A model generated the notes under the pieces. It was not told where the DNA came from and did not search any database. It saw nothing but the letters and a program-made list of their open reading frames with translations. Below, piece by piece: positions 25,570-40,089 of a DNA stretch of 64,000 bases. The DNA is taken from NCBI RefSeq assembly GCF_001194135.2, contig NC_068984.1:25172142-25236141 (forward strand), in the 5' to 3' direction. The stretch's first letter is position 1; each line of letters opens with the position of its first letter. The stretch is from Octopus bimaculoides. Taxonomy: Eukaryota. The translations under genes were made by a program, and so were the position numbers.

Positions 25570-27800
25570 AATAATGATGGTTTCAAATTTTGGTACAAGG
25601 CCAGTAGGTTTTGAGAGGAGAGGGAGCTACTAAATTACATCAACTCCAGTACTTGACTGGTACCTATTTTACCGACCCTGAAAGGATGAAAGGCAAGGTC
25701 AATCTCACCAGAATCAGAGCTAAAAATGTAAAGACAGACAAAATACCATAAAGCATATAGCCCAGTATGTTAATGGTTCTGCCAGCTTAACACCTTATTT
25801 AATCTTTAGCAGACTGCAGGTGCATTATGTCACCATACGAGTTTTCTCCCCTGTAGAAACAGGTCAATGGTAGGGGAAACAATTCTAAAGAAAATACAGT
25901 GGGCTAAAGGTTAATAATAATAATAATAATAATGATGTTTATTATTATTTCATATTTTTGCCACAAGGGCAGCTTGGGGGAGGTAGGGATGAGTTGATTA
26001 CATCAATCCCAGAGTTCAACTGGTACTTACTTTATAATAATAATAATAATGATTATGATGCTGATAATTCATGAAGATTGCTGTAACTCTTCATGAAGGT
26101 AAATAATAAGACCACGATATGATATGTAATAAATACCAAATAACTGTTTACCAAATGAGCTCGGTGCAACTGAAAAATCAATCATCTCATCAAACTACTT
26201 GACTTTGATAAATTATGAAGACTGACATGACTCTTCATGAAGGTAAGTAAACAGAATCAATCTGTATTATATATCATATCACACTCTTCTTATTGCGTAA
26301 TAATAATTATTATCGTTATGATTGCTAATTCAGGTACAAGGTCAAGAGTTTGGGTAGGAAGGGGATTAGTTAATTACATCAACCCTAGTACATGACAGGT
26401 ATTTTAATTTATCAATTAAAGAAGAATGAAAGGTAAAAGTTTGCCTTGACAGGATTTCAACTCAGAATGTAAAGATCTGGAATAAATACTGAAGATGTTA
26501 GAACTGCCAATCCACCACATTTGTTTCTAATATAGATAGAAGGCTTGAAATATAAGAGGGAGGGGAGTTAGTATATAAAATCCCTTCCAGTAATTAAAAA
26601 GTACTTTATTTCATTGACCCTTGGAAGGATGAAAGGCAAACTTTACCTAAGTGGGATTTGAACTCAGAATAATGATCTCTAACTGGTGGCAGAAAACTAC
26701 ATCGGGCATCCCCCACATTACTGAAGTGTCACTTGATAAAAATCTGGCTATGGTGTGAAGTTCTGCAGTGTGGAACTCATTTTCACTACTGACTTTTATG
26801 TAACATGACAGTCTATGGAAAACAAGTTTTGCATCATGGAATTATGGTTTGATGATGAAAATTCCAACCATCGAGTCCCCAGTTTGCAGATAAGGAAATG
26901 GCTTGTAGATATATAGGTTAGCTGCAAATACTCAATAAGCAGTACCAGAGAAAATCACGGGTTGACCTTTGGCAAGGTATAGCATCCATTAGCCACCCAG
27001 AGTCACAGTGATATACTGAATCCCTGAAAAGAGCAGAAATGCCACTATCATTGGAAAACAGGATGGTGGTAGGGAATGAAATGCAAAGCATAAAAAAAAA
27101 TATTGTGTCTTTGGATTTATTCCAACTTTGCAAAACAAATTACACTTTTATGAATCTTGGTCTGGGAAACCCATCAGTTTGACTGACACTGCAATTGTCT
27201 ATAGGACCTGCAACCATAAACAAGAAATTAGCAATCGAAAGACATGTTTAAGCAAGCTCAACCACATGATTATGAAACTCAACTTATAGGACATAATGGA
27301 GCTTAGAAATCAACCCCAATACAGTATTTATTCTACTGATGCCAGAAGAAAGACAAGGTTTTGATTTGCATTCAGACATAGGATGAAACTAAATAGTGTA
27401 AGATATTTCCTATAGCAACTCTACAGCACTAACAACAATAATAATAATTATTATTTTCTTTCATCAGCACAAGGCCTGAAATTTGTGGAAACGAGGTAGT
27501 TGATTAAATCCATCCCAGTAGTTAACTGTTCTTTATTTTATCAAGCCCAGAAGGATGAAATGCAAAGATGACCAAGTGAGATTTGAACTCAGAATATAAA
27601 CTGCTGGAACAAATACTTCAAAGCATTTTGCCCAACACTAACAATTTGGCCAATCCACTGCAGTTGTGTCTGTCATAGACACAAGGCCTAAAATTTTGAG
27701 GGGAGGGGTTAGTTGATTAAATTGATCACAAAGTCTTGACTAGCATCTATCATATTAACCCTGAAAGGATGGAAACGAAGTTGACCTTAGCAGGATTTCA
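25570..27800 (-). mobile_element. Cluster of about six degenerate SINE copies (50843-51058 family)
   Basis: Repeated motifs aaaggatgaaaggcaa, tttgaactcagaat, caaccccagtac/tggtactt near 25580, 25960, 26330, 26550, 27460 and 27680. Confidence 0.65.
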
Positions 27801-28467
27801 AAATATTAATCATAGCTCTCCAAACTATGAAACTGGACAGATATAAACTGGAAGACTATCAGGTTTCCATAGAATGAGCAATGCCTCTGAAGAGGCAAAA
27901 AAGTAATGCAGTAGACAATTTTAAGACCTATGACATATAACCCTTAAGTATTCAGATTATTTTGTCAAGTGTAATGCTTATTTATTCACATTAATTTGAA
28001 TTAGTCATGCATTATCTAGTAGCTTTGAAATTTCAATGATGTGTTTATTTTTAGAATGAGGCCAGATCTGGCCAGTATGAACAGAAAACAGGTAGAGTAT
28101 TTGAGCTGGTTTAAATGCTAAAGGGTTAAAGATCATTTTGGGTCTTGACAAATTACATCGGCTACCCAGAATTAATGACACTTCACTGTCAGGGAAAAGA
28201 AGAGAATTATTTCAAATGCATTTTATATTATGAAGTAGAAGATAATTAAATAGATCATTAACATCTTACTAGTAATAGCTTATCAACCCTTAATAATAAT
28301 TCAACTAAAGTCCGTGATTTACTGTTTCATTAACGCTATACATTACATTATTTGGCATGTAATAACATACAAGATCATGTAACATGTGTTTTCATAAAAT
28401 ACCAATTCTTTAGATATTTCATTAGAAGTCATTTAAGTGATATGCCATTGAAGATTGTATGACAGCA

Positions 28468-28760
28468 TATCTTTTATCTTTTACTTGTTTCAGTCATTAG
28501 ACTGTGGGCATACCTTGTAGAATGAATCAACTCCATTCCTTTTTTTTTCTTTCTTGAAAGCCTGGTACTTATTTTATTGGGGATTTTCCCCCCAAAACTA
28601 CTAAGTTACAGGGATGTAAATACACCACCACCAGTTGTCAAGCAGTGGCATGGGACAAACACAGACACAGAGACACATGCCCAAGTTGCCACACAGTGGG
28701 AGTGAATCCAGAATGATAGGGTTGGGAAGCAAACTTCTTACCACACAGCCACAACTGCGA
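28468..28760 (-). mobile_element. Degenerate, internally deleted SINE (7366-7823 family)
   Basis: cttttacttgtttcagtcattagactg...ctaagttacagggatgtaaa...cttaccacacagcca. Confidence 0.7.
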
Positions 28761-29859
28761 TATGTATGCATGCATACACACACACACACACACACACACA
28801 GAAATTAATCATATGTACCCCCACACTTTATTGTCTGAATTAAATTAATCATAATAATAATCATCATTTAAGTAGAGCCTCTTTTTTATTTTTTTAACCA
28901 AACAGGAATACAATGTAGTCAACTGTTTGAATATTTTGTTACTGTTGGAAGGAAGGCAAAGTTGACTACGCCAAGATTTATAAGGGACTGTTATGCTCTC
29001 TTTTTCATTGATATTAGTAACATATATGGATTAGACTGATTTCAACTAGGAACTAAAAAGCAGGCTAAGTTGTTTTTCTATATTTTATGTTTAAGTGTCT
29101 TTTCATGAGTCCTATTATAGCACACTTAAACAAAGAACATTACTCTAAAGCTTCAGTTTACATAGTTAAGAAACAGCCACTATCACTTTATAACTGTATA
29201 GTAGACAAGAGGGTGGCCATCAAACATAACACCAACACCAAAATTCATGCAAAAGCTATGATTTATGAACCTAATTAAACCCATGCTACATATGAATAAC
29301 TAAATGAAAATGTTACACAATAACATATACGGAATTAAGGCCTTAGGAGTATTAAGTGTCAGGGATTACTAAGGAGTGCAGATTGACTAAAAATAAAAAA
29401 AGGAGAAGTGGGGTAGTGTGATACAAGAGCTAGTTAAACACCATGCTATGAAAGCATACTCACCAATGAGGGGGGAGGAATGATCTGAAGAATTTGTGTT
29501 GTTGTCAGCAGGACAAGCATTATTACTGCCTGAAAAATCCGGGACACAAAAGAGAATAACATTTATGTGTGCAGCCCTAAGTCAGGGCATAAAAACTCAA
29601 TAATTTATGAACTACCACTACAAAGTAAGAGGAGAAAAATCTATTCGATTAAAAGGGTATATGTGTGGGTTGTTGTGAAAGTGTATGAATGTAAAAATAA
29701 GGGATACACAGATAGTGAGGAAAGCTTTAATCAGAAATAAAAAATTAAGGAATAATCAACATAAAAAAAAATAAGATAAAATACAATTGCTCCTAACTGC
29801 CTCTTACTGTTATCTGATTCCCTGACATGAGTAATTATCCATCATTACACACTTTTGGT

Positions 29860-30005
29860 AAATGGAGAGTTGGTCAGGATGTTGGACTCATAATCCTAAG
29901 ATCACGAGTCTGATTTTTGGATTAGGATGGCAGGCTGGGTCCTTGAGCAAGGCACTTCATATCATGTTGCTCCAGTTTATTCAGCTGAAAATGAGCACCA
30001 ACCAA
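29860..30005 (+). mobile_element. Degenerate tRNA-derived SINE
   Basis: tRNA-like head followed by ccttgagcaaggcactt...tgctccagt...cagctgaaaatgag. Confidence 0.5.
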
Positions 30006-33000
30006 ATGCTAGTACTCTCTTCAGTTCTCTTCAGAGGTGGGATGGTTAAGATGGTACATGACTACATAGCTACTAAAACTAATAATGAAAGGATGATACA
30101 TGCTATCAACTCTACTTTGATACTGAGTGACAGCCGTACTTCTTTTTTTTTTTGCCTATTTTTTTAAACATATTTGAACTAGTACCTCATTTTGGTTGCT
30201 ATACTTACAACATTTTGACCACTGTAATCTCTGGCCTTCTTCAGTGGCCTGCTATATTCAGTAATTTTCTCAAAATTCTTAAATAAACCTTTTGTTTGAC
30301 TCACAGAAGTTGAATATAGTGCATCTTTTAATAAGAATTCTTGTAGAGCAATTACATGAAAACAAAGTGAATGTAGTTAAAAAAGATACTCTTTTTCTGC
30401 CCAAAGGCAAGGTGTTTACATCTGTCTTTTACACAAAATGTTGGCTAACATCTATAGATGCACTCTGTATTACATATAGCATTAAAATTAAATACTGTTA
30501 CTACACTAATAACTTGTTAATCAATCTAGCTACTAAGGACATACATATGCAATTAAATCTGTTTGATCTACTTAAGTACTTAGTAATGGTGGGTTTACAA
30601 GCAGTAGATAGTTGATAAAGTCACTAATGAATTTCCAACACAGGATTGAAACTAGTCCAGTTGATATCTCTTTTTCTGTCCAGGTAGATATTCTATACAA
30701 AGACCAGCTGATTACATCTGTCTTTCATGTACAACATTGAATAAAATCTATAAAAGTACTTTGTTCACTAGTAAAGGATTCGGTGACAGACGAGTGTTAT
30801 TACAATGGCGGCAGGTAGAATAAAACATCTTTAATAGCATCTTAGCATCTTCAAATTAAACAGCATTGCTGCCCATGACATAATGAAATTTGAAATTGAA
30901 CATCTGACATTACTGGTAAATGGAAACCAATTTTAGTACGAAGAGGTGGAAAAGGACATCTTTTTTCACATACATCGACATGCCCCTCAGAGTTTGAAAT
31001 TCCATATGACAACAAATGAATTTATCTAAGATGTGACGGCACTGTGCAGAAATCCATATGGAAAGACTTTTGACAATACACAGGTTTTGTAAAACAAATG
31101 AGCCACCCAAGACATGCATTATTACCAATTCCCAACAATTCTGTGATTAAAAGTGTAACAAGAATCGAATTTACATAATTTCCCTGCTGAAAGTAGGCAG
31201 AGGAGAAAAAAAAAAAAAATGAAAAATATGACTTTGCAAGAATTATGAAACATATTCTTTGACCTCTCTAAAGTTTATAACAAAATTATTTTCTCTAATA
31301 TATGGACATGGAAAGCTGATGAGCAAAAGTTGATGACCTGTATTAGACAGGTCTACAGGTGAATGGAAATCTCATAAGGGAGATAACATTGCACATCTGA
31401 TTGTTCATTTAATGACGAAACCAGCAAAAACAAGAAGCATATTGTTTGAGGATCTAAATAGAATTGGGTCTCCATCACTTAACTCCCACTAATTAAAGGG
31501 ATATATCAATACAGATGTTATCATCAAAGAAAATCATTAAAAAAAAAAGAAAAAAATATTAAGAAATGACAAAAATAATAAGTTCTGGAGAAACCCAAAG
31601 TATTTAAATGAGGACAGGTTTTGTGTTACATATCACAGGAGACACAAAGAATGTCAAGTGGAATATTCTTTAATTGTCTTTTCCTTTACTAAAATATTGT
31701 ACAAATTTATATAATCTTTGGTAATCTTTCTAGTTGCTTAATACACATTTCCAACACTATCTAAAAATGTGCATTTGTATTTATATATTATTTATGTAGA
31801 AAATTATATTTCTGCCAAAACTTTACACCAATATTTCACAATCATGTGACATCTCTGATAAGATTACTATTGCTTTAATTATCTATTATTTTCTACTTTT
31901 AAGAAAAAGTAGAAAGTAATAAAAATTATAACAATATTTGTTTTTGTTTTTTTTGGAGATGTAGTTTTGTTGTTTTTTTTTTTTTAAGAAATGAAGGAAG
32001 TTATACATGTATGTCTGATGACAATGATTAAAAATAACTATAAAAAGCAGGTATTATTTAATCTTCATCTCAAACTTCTACATATTTTTTTTAAAATTTA
32101 TACACAGATGTATATATACTTTCAGGCTTTTAGTTCACAATCAACTTATATTGAATTCATAACCATCGGTTTTTCAAGAGCAGTTCATTTAATCAATCCC
32201 AATATATACTCAAGTTAAACATAACTAAATACTTCAAGATGATAGGAACTAAATATCAAAACAGTAAAGATTCATTGGTATAGCTATTGAAAAATTCTAT
32301 CTCCGTCATTTGAGATTGCTAATATTTTTGTCCTCAGCTCGAAAGAAGACATATAAGGTAACTCCTAAACGAATCTTTCACTAATGAAATATAATCTGCA
32401 AAATTTTATGAAATTTCACACCTACATGTAAAGTGTGTATATTTCTATAGATTACTCAGATATTTATGAATTAATAATTTAACTAATTGGTTTCTACTTA
32501 TTAGATTGCATCTCATATTAATGGGCTTTCAATGGCAATTAGCAAATAAAATTTCATGTTTTCTTACAAATGCAGCCAGTATCAATATAAACTATGCTAC
32601 ATGTTTTAACATTGTTTTTGATTGCTCTTCACTTTAACTTTTAGCACGCTGTAGGTGCATCATGTCACCATACAAGTTTCCTCCCCTCTCAATGTGACAA
32701 TGCACCTGAAGCTACAGGGAAGGAAACCCATACAGTAGTAAGATGCATCTAAGCATGCTAAAGGTTAAAGAGTAGAATGTGCAGTGGAATGATTGTTTGT
32801 TTCAAAACAAAAAAAAAGGCCCACATAAGAACCTAATGTACTTCTCATATCTTTGTACATTTGGAAATCAAAAAGTAGTTCAAATGGAGAATATAAGAGA
32901 ATGGAAATGAATGCTGATCCTTTATGATAAACATTCACAATTTAAAAGGAGATTTATAATTTTGTAAGAACCACTTAAGGCAGCTAATTTTATAAAGATT

Positions 33001-34322
33001 AAGTTCCCCACCCACCCCTGAATAGTAGATACAAAGTACATAATTATCAAATCCTATCTTACATTTCACTCAAGATGAATTTTGCTCTTCTCTGTAATTC
33101 CGTTCTGGTTTACAATATGCATTATCTCTAAGATAATCTCTAAACAGTTTGAAAGCTTGAGTCACAGTAGATATTGCATTCAATAACAACTGATATTAAA
33201 ACACTTTTTCTGTGGAGAGGGGAGGAGGAGAAAGCATTTACAGTTTACTCAGCAAGTTTTTATAGATGTACAGGAAGACTGTAAGAAAGCCTTTAACATT
33301 TTTATATTATACCAATATGATTATTCTTGAATTCAGGTGTGCATAGACATACTCACACACAAAAAAGGTGCACACACAAAATTCATACAGAAATTATTTG
33401 AAATAATAGAAAGCTGCGATTAGTGTAGATTTGTAGATATCTAAAACTGGAAGCAAATAACAGGAAGTTCATATGCAGAAAGAGAATGATATCAATATTT
33501 TAAAAGAAAGCTTAAATATTCATATTGCTGTTTTGCAAAGTGATCGATAAAGCTTAATAAGACTGAAGTCAACAGCTAAGTACACAAAAGTGCTTGCTCT
33601 TTTATAAACCATTTAGTTAAGATGTATCATAAGTAGAAAGATTTCTGACAAAAATTGTCAGTTGAAAGAAATGAAATTGGAAAAGTGACCAGAAGTATAG
33701 AAATATTACATAGGATTTCTGTTATATGTAGGAGTCAGTCAAAGAAGTTCAGGAAATCTTAGTAATACATATTATACACAATGCAAGATAAGGAGAAAGA
33801 GATCTTGTAATGAGATCAGAAGGATGCAGAAACAGACCGGCATGGTTTAGCAATTTCTTTGAATAATACCAATAATACCCAGCAGGGAGCAAGTTGCAGT
33901 TTTGTTTAAAGTCAGGCTGTTTACAAAGAGATTACAGAAAATCTTATACATGACTATGTATATATATATATATATACATACACATATGGTCAAACAAGCT
34001 CCAAAGAGACTGGTGTTGGTTTTCATCAGAAAGACTTGTATTTAGTAAAAATCAACAAAAAGACAATAATGAGCTTGCAGTAGGGAGTGGAAAATCCAAC
34101 ATTTCAGACAGAGTCAGTGGACAGGAGTAAAATTAAAGAGAAACAGCAGAGTTTTACATCCTCTAAGTTGAAAAAATATTTTTTTAAAAAGTGGTTGCAA
34201 CTGCTGTGCCTCTACTTTCACTTCTGTCACTTATTTGCTGAAGAAGGATATAATCTGAAACACTGGATTTTCTACTACTCTTGACAAGCTCACTATACTC
34301 TTTTTGTCAATTTTATTATGTG

Positions 34323-34406
<84 letters not shown>

Positions 34407-34715
34407 CCCACATACACATCCATGTGTATTCACTATGTAAAATTAGAGCAGCAGTTTGTCCTGTCTTATAACAGAAGCAAGTCAAAAGATGATTATTGTC
34501 AGTAGCTATTAAGTTCATTACCATTAAATTCTAAATGTTATTAGTAGAGAAAAGTCTAAAAAGGAAAAAAGAAGGTTTTTTTTCTTAAACAATTCAAAAA
34601 GTTTTCCTGACTGCCACATAACAAACCTAATCCTTAGGTAATTGAGATCGTTTGGAAAATTCAATATCTAACAATTATTGCACACCAAGAACATCTATGT
34701 CTTATTTTCACATAC

Positions 34716-34901
34716 CGTCCTCAGTTGCCTCAAATTCTTCCTCATTGTAGTATCCTATCACCCCTTCATGTGAATGGGCTCGTTCCAATTGCCAAGTTTG
34801 TTTCTGGCGTGCAAGATGAGCCATTTGGGTAGCAGAATGGTAGTCAGGCAAGGGTGGCCGACGCATGTTCGTGTATGTCTGTTGGATGCAGTGACTATAA
34901 G
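34716..34901 (-). CDS. RAPGEF2: PDZ-GEF penultimate coding exon, 186 nt
   Basis: Acceptor ttttcccttctcggcag|CT, donor GACG|gtatgt; phase 1-1; encodes RRPPLPDYHSATQMAHLAR (compare RAPGEF2 KPPDYNVALQRSR) and an acidic EEEFEATED end. Confidence 0.9.
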
Positions 34902-37149
34902 CTGCCGAGAAGGGAAAATTATCCAATGTTAAGAACAATCATACTTGACAATTAATAGTCAAGGTGGGATGCAGAAAAACAACAATAAACACACACACGT
35001 ACAAAGAATCATGCAACCAATCATGCAATTAGGCAAGCAATTTTTTAAATATATGCAAGAAACATGCAGCAGCAGGAAGTGGGGGAGGTTATTACACATG
35101 TAAACACTTGTTAGAAGAGTATAACACTTTCTAGTGTAAATGTTTTTCAAAAACAAAATATAAAAAGAAGAAAAAAAGAAAAATAGTAAAGAATTGAAAT
35201 ATTTATTAAAAGTATACTTAAAAATGAATCAATCTTTCTTCAGTTTGACATTTTTATATATAGTAGTTATAGTAGCCATAATCAACCCTAGAGATTGTTT
35301 GCACTACAATACTTTCATATCTTCCCCCAACAGCCTTCTACCCCTGCATGTAATCACAGCTACATCTTTAGAGGAAGAAAAAAGTGCACAACTTGTTTGG
35401 TCTAATAAGCAACTCCTACAGCTATATGAATTAAAAACTAAGAAATATCCAGCAGTTATTGCCATTTTCCTAAGATCCATCAACTGATCGATGCCAGTAA
35501 CAATAATCCAAACCCAACCCAGTATAGAACAGCAACAAAATATCCAGCAGTTTCTTCCTGACTGATCTAGAGAATTAAAGAATCATTTCAAATGATTTCA
35601 GAGATCACACAAATGATATATTTTTCATAAACTCTGTTCACACAATGTACTGAAAGCTTTCATGTACCAACATACCCACCCACCTCCACCATCAATCTTC
35701 TATTCAAAATCTCAGAATTTGTATTTATTAGCTGTATGATATACATGGATGAGGTGATTCATAGATTTAAAGCAGTATTACATAACTTTGAAGTTTAAAA
35801 TGTTGATTTAACAGGAAACGTACACAAAATTATTTAAGCAGTCAAGTTTACGACAAAATCATATCTATTAAAATCACAATTTAAAACTATTAAAAGCTAA
35901 ACTTGTGTTTACAAGTGGTTCTTACTTCAATGGAAATTTAACATTTGAAAAAAGCAATCGAAAAAAAAATGGAAAAAATTCCTAACAAGATTTGTAAATT
36001 GCAAGGAAAACAGAATTGGAAGAAGCTGTAATCATTATTAAAAGAAAAGAAAAATTGAAGTAGATTGGATGAATTTGGAGTGAATAATCAGATGATCAAG
36101 CAAAATCTTAAATACACCCGAGAAATATCTTACTTATGAAGTAGTTAAAATTAGTCATTCTTGATTGCAGAGAACTGCAATTTGCATAAAGAGTTGATTC
36201 TGTGACATAAAATGCTCCAGTTAACATGGGACTTTAAGACAAATATTTGATTATAAAAGGATATATCTCTATGTGGTAACTGAGTTGCTATTTTCAATGA
36301 TAACACAACCAACCACAGTTGCAGAAAAATATAAGAGAGGAAATAATTTAAGACATGCAAGAATTGATTACCATTCCAGAAAACTGAATTCTTTCCCTTG
36401 TGTTGAAGGATGTCATTATAATCTGTTTGATATCAATATTCTGCATACTGACAACATTCTCTCCCACTCTCCATAATGGAATTGAAGTAGATGTTTAAGT
36501 TCAGTAATCCATTGGTCATTGAAGCACCGCTGGAAAATCTGTCCTCATGTCATGAACATATGACAAATTAACTTAATGGAGGTCGTATCTCTTCAAGGTA
36601 AAGTTTGCTGTAGAAACTACTTATTTATGCACACATGTATTTTTTACTGTACCACTTGAAACAAGTTGTTTTAGCTATGAACACAGCACAGTGATGATAT
36701 TTAAACTAGGACTATTGTCCAGTTTTAACCTTTATATTAAGAATCTATTCAGGTTTCTTTTATGTTTTGTTTGGAACAATAAATTTCTGAGGATCACTGA
36801 CATTTCAAGATCTTCCAGATCTCGTTTTGTTTTTCATATTTTATTGTAGACAAGAATCATAGAAACACTGCCATATTTTATTACAACATTTTTATTTTTT
36901 ATTAGTGACATCAAGCTTCTTCCAGAAAACAGTTAGCTTGTGATGTCTGATATCAGTTTAAGTGTGTAATCTATGGGCTGAGTTTTTCTTAACGTCTTAC
37001 AATATGGCTTCTACGACAACATTTTTGTTCAGAATTCTATATACAATTAAAATAATATCAAGTGATAAAACAATTATCTAGTTGTGCTTAGTGCAGTGAG
37101 TTGGAAGTATGATTAGCTGGTAAGAAAGAAGCAGAAAATGTCTAAAGTA

Positions 37150-37560
37150 ACAACTAATCCTTTACAAAGATCAGGTAAGATTCACAATGGAATATTGCAC
37201 CCATATCTGGGGTAAGCATCCAAGACAAAATCCAAGGAAAGGATGACTGGCATGTAGTCACTGTGGATTATTAGCAAATAGTCAAACACCAAAATACTCC
37301 AACCTCCAAACATGTCTCTTCTTTCTCTCTTTTCTACCATAACTTCAAAGGTCACCGCCCTTCAAAGTTGACTGGTTGCATGTCACCTTCACTCAGACAC
37401 CCCTAACTCATTCCTCTTTCTCATACTTATACGGTGTCCACCTCACCCTAGATTTTGTACTAACCACTATCCCCAGTCCTTCTTCCCCAAAATGCTATCC
37501 CTCTAGAACTCTCAGCACATGCCTTTCCAATAATCATTGAGTTGCAAATCATATAAGAAG
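37150..37560 (+). mobile_element. Degenerate LINE 3' fragment (CR1/Jockey-like)
   Basis: MEYCTHIWG and LFYHNFKGHRPSKLTGCMSPSL...NHYPQSFFPK resemble LINE RT C-terminal motifs. Confidence 0.55.
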
Positions 37561-40051
37561 AATGCTGATTGCATCATTTTCTCAACTCTCAGAAGGATTG
37601 TGAAGGTCATGGCCATAGACCTTTCTCCAGATCAACACATGAAAAATATATCACTTTTGTTTTCCAGGTCGCCATTCATCTACAACATAAAGCCACTACC
37701 ACATGTATTACACAACTAACTTACATAAAAAAATTCCTATAAGATAGCTCACAAGAACTACACACATACATATATAAAGCAAAACCTTAACATAGCACAC
37801 TTTAACACCATAGCTATCACATCAGACTATTTTCTGATTGATGAAAGAAACCTGATGTCAATAGTAAAAATACTTTAAAGTCTAGTGATAATAAATGTGA
37901 CATCTACACATAATTCTTGACTACAATAAAACTGCAAGAACTGGCACTAAATTCATTTCATACAGAAATTCAGTTAAATTTTAAAATATCAATGAACCTC
38001 AAAAATTTAATGTTCCAAAAAAAAAAAAAAAAAAAAAATACACAGGACTGATAAAGAAACATGGAAAATCTTCATTAAAAGTATATCATAATTAAGGTTT
38101 CATAATTAATGTTTTTGGTAAAGCATACACAAAGTGTAAGAGTTGTAACCTGACATCAGTACTCTGCAGCATCCACAGATATATCTAAAGTGTAAATGAA
38201 TCAAGAACTACATGCAATTTTCTAAGTCATGAAATTAGCAAAAATACAAAATCAACCATTTCAATATAGTCAGCATATAGAAAAAAAATCCTTTTATTGT
38301 GACCATAATGAGAAAATAGTTATAAGGGTTAATTGATATTTTTAGTTAGCCAAGCATTAGAAAATGTTTTATGAATAAAAATAAGCATTATAAGGATGTC
38401 ACTAAAACACCAATTAATTGACATTTTTTTCTTTTTAAATCTTAATAGAAAATCAGCTTCTTAAAGATAATGGATAAATTTTAAATCCAGATGTAAAAAA
38501 AGCCATCCAGGGTTATATACATGCGGTCAGCACGAACAGCCACAGATGAAGTTAGTTACCTAAAATATGGCAATATTCTAATTGATAGCAGTTTACCACA
38601 AGGTTGCTGGTTCAATTTTCAATGATTTACCCACCACCACCATCACCACCATTATTGTGGTAGTAGTTAATAATGGAAGCACAATAGTTATTCAAATTTA
38701 GATGCAATGATTCCTCAAAGAATAATGCTGGTTAGTGACTTCCAAAATAAGTTTAAAGTTAAACTATTTCACAAATCAAGCTGTAATTAATCAATTTCTA
38801 AAATAGCAATTATTTTCAGCCCCAAATGAAGGATGAGAATTAACCATATATATGTAATAATTGTACAGTAATGAGAATGACATGAACCATGGAGAGAGTA
38901 CTCAACACAAAGTAGAGTGAAGTATGTGATTTATACAGTGTTCAGAATTGGTAGCATTGTTACTCAGAGTTTCATCAAATAGTTACATAATATCCTCATA
39001 AGAGTTATTTAATTCTTTTGGATCTCTAATACACACATCAGGTTATCTGCGTGTTCACTTTGGAAGTAGCTGCTTCATGTCATGTGCAACATAATACAGG
39101 AGAAATACTTCATTTCTAAGGTTATGAGTTGTTTCATTTGGATTGGTTGGGTGATAGTTTTCAGCAGTAATAAAGATTACCAATAATAAATGAAGTTATT
39201 GATCAGGCAAAACACAATAAGGATGGAAGGGAGAAAATTGGAAGAATGTGGACTTACAAGGATTTAAGTCAGATAGAGATCCAGGATGATATTTCAGGCT
39301 CCATATATGTTTGTGTAATATATAAATTATATAAGCTAGAAGTAGGTGTGGAGACATAAAAATGTAGGGGTATAAAGCAAGACAACAGGGTAGTGAAATT
39401 GCTCAGTGATTCTGTCTGCACTTGCTTGGTAATACAGGCTTTCAAAATTTCAACAGAAACTTGTCAAAGTAGCAACACTTGCTACAAAAAACCTCTGAAC
39501 TGATATTAAAACATTTCAGGGGACCTTTGATTTGATGCTATTCAGTATGATGCTGCATAATTGGCATGCCTTCTGACATATATATATACACAGCCTACTC
39601 CATACACAGTATCTTCCATTTTATTTTATACTTGATGTTCTCTTTTAGCCAAAAATTGTAATAAGGCAAGGCTGCAGTTTTCCTCATATCAATGAGACAG
39701 AAATGCTGTTCATCTGAAAGCAACCTATAAACTTAGGAGTGAATTACTCCCCTGGTACTAAGTTGAATGACAACCACTACCAAAATGGACACATAAATGA
39801 GTTGATGCATGTAATTTATTAGTTATTTGAAGATCCAAATGGCTTAAATTTAATAGCTAACTACTTTAGCTATTTGATGAAACTCTGAGTAATGATGTAG
39901 AGACTACATAAATCATATGTATACATACACTTGTTCAAAGCTGATAATTTACTTAATTTCTGACAACATGCAAGCCTTCAGGCAATAACGCCACACATAA
40001 TAAAAAAAACTAGGAGGCAACAATGTAAATCAGCTTTGAATCAATGTGTAT

Positions 40052-40089
<38 letters not shown>

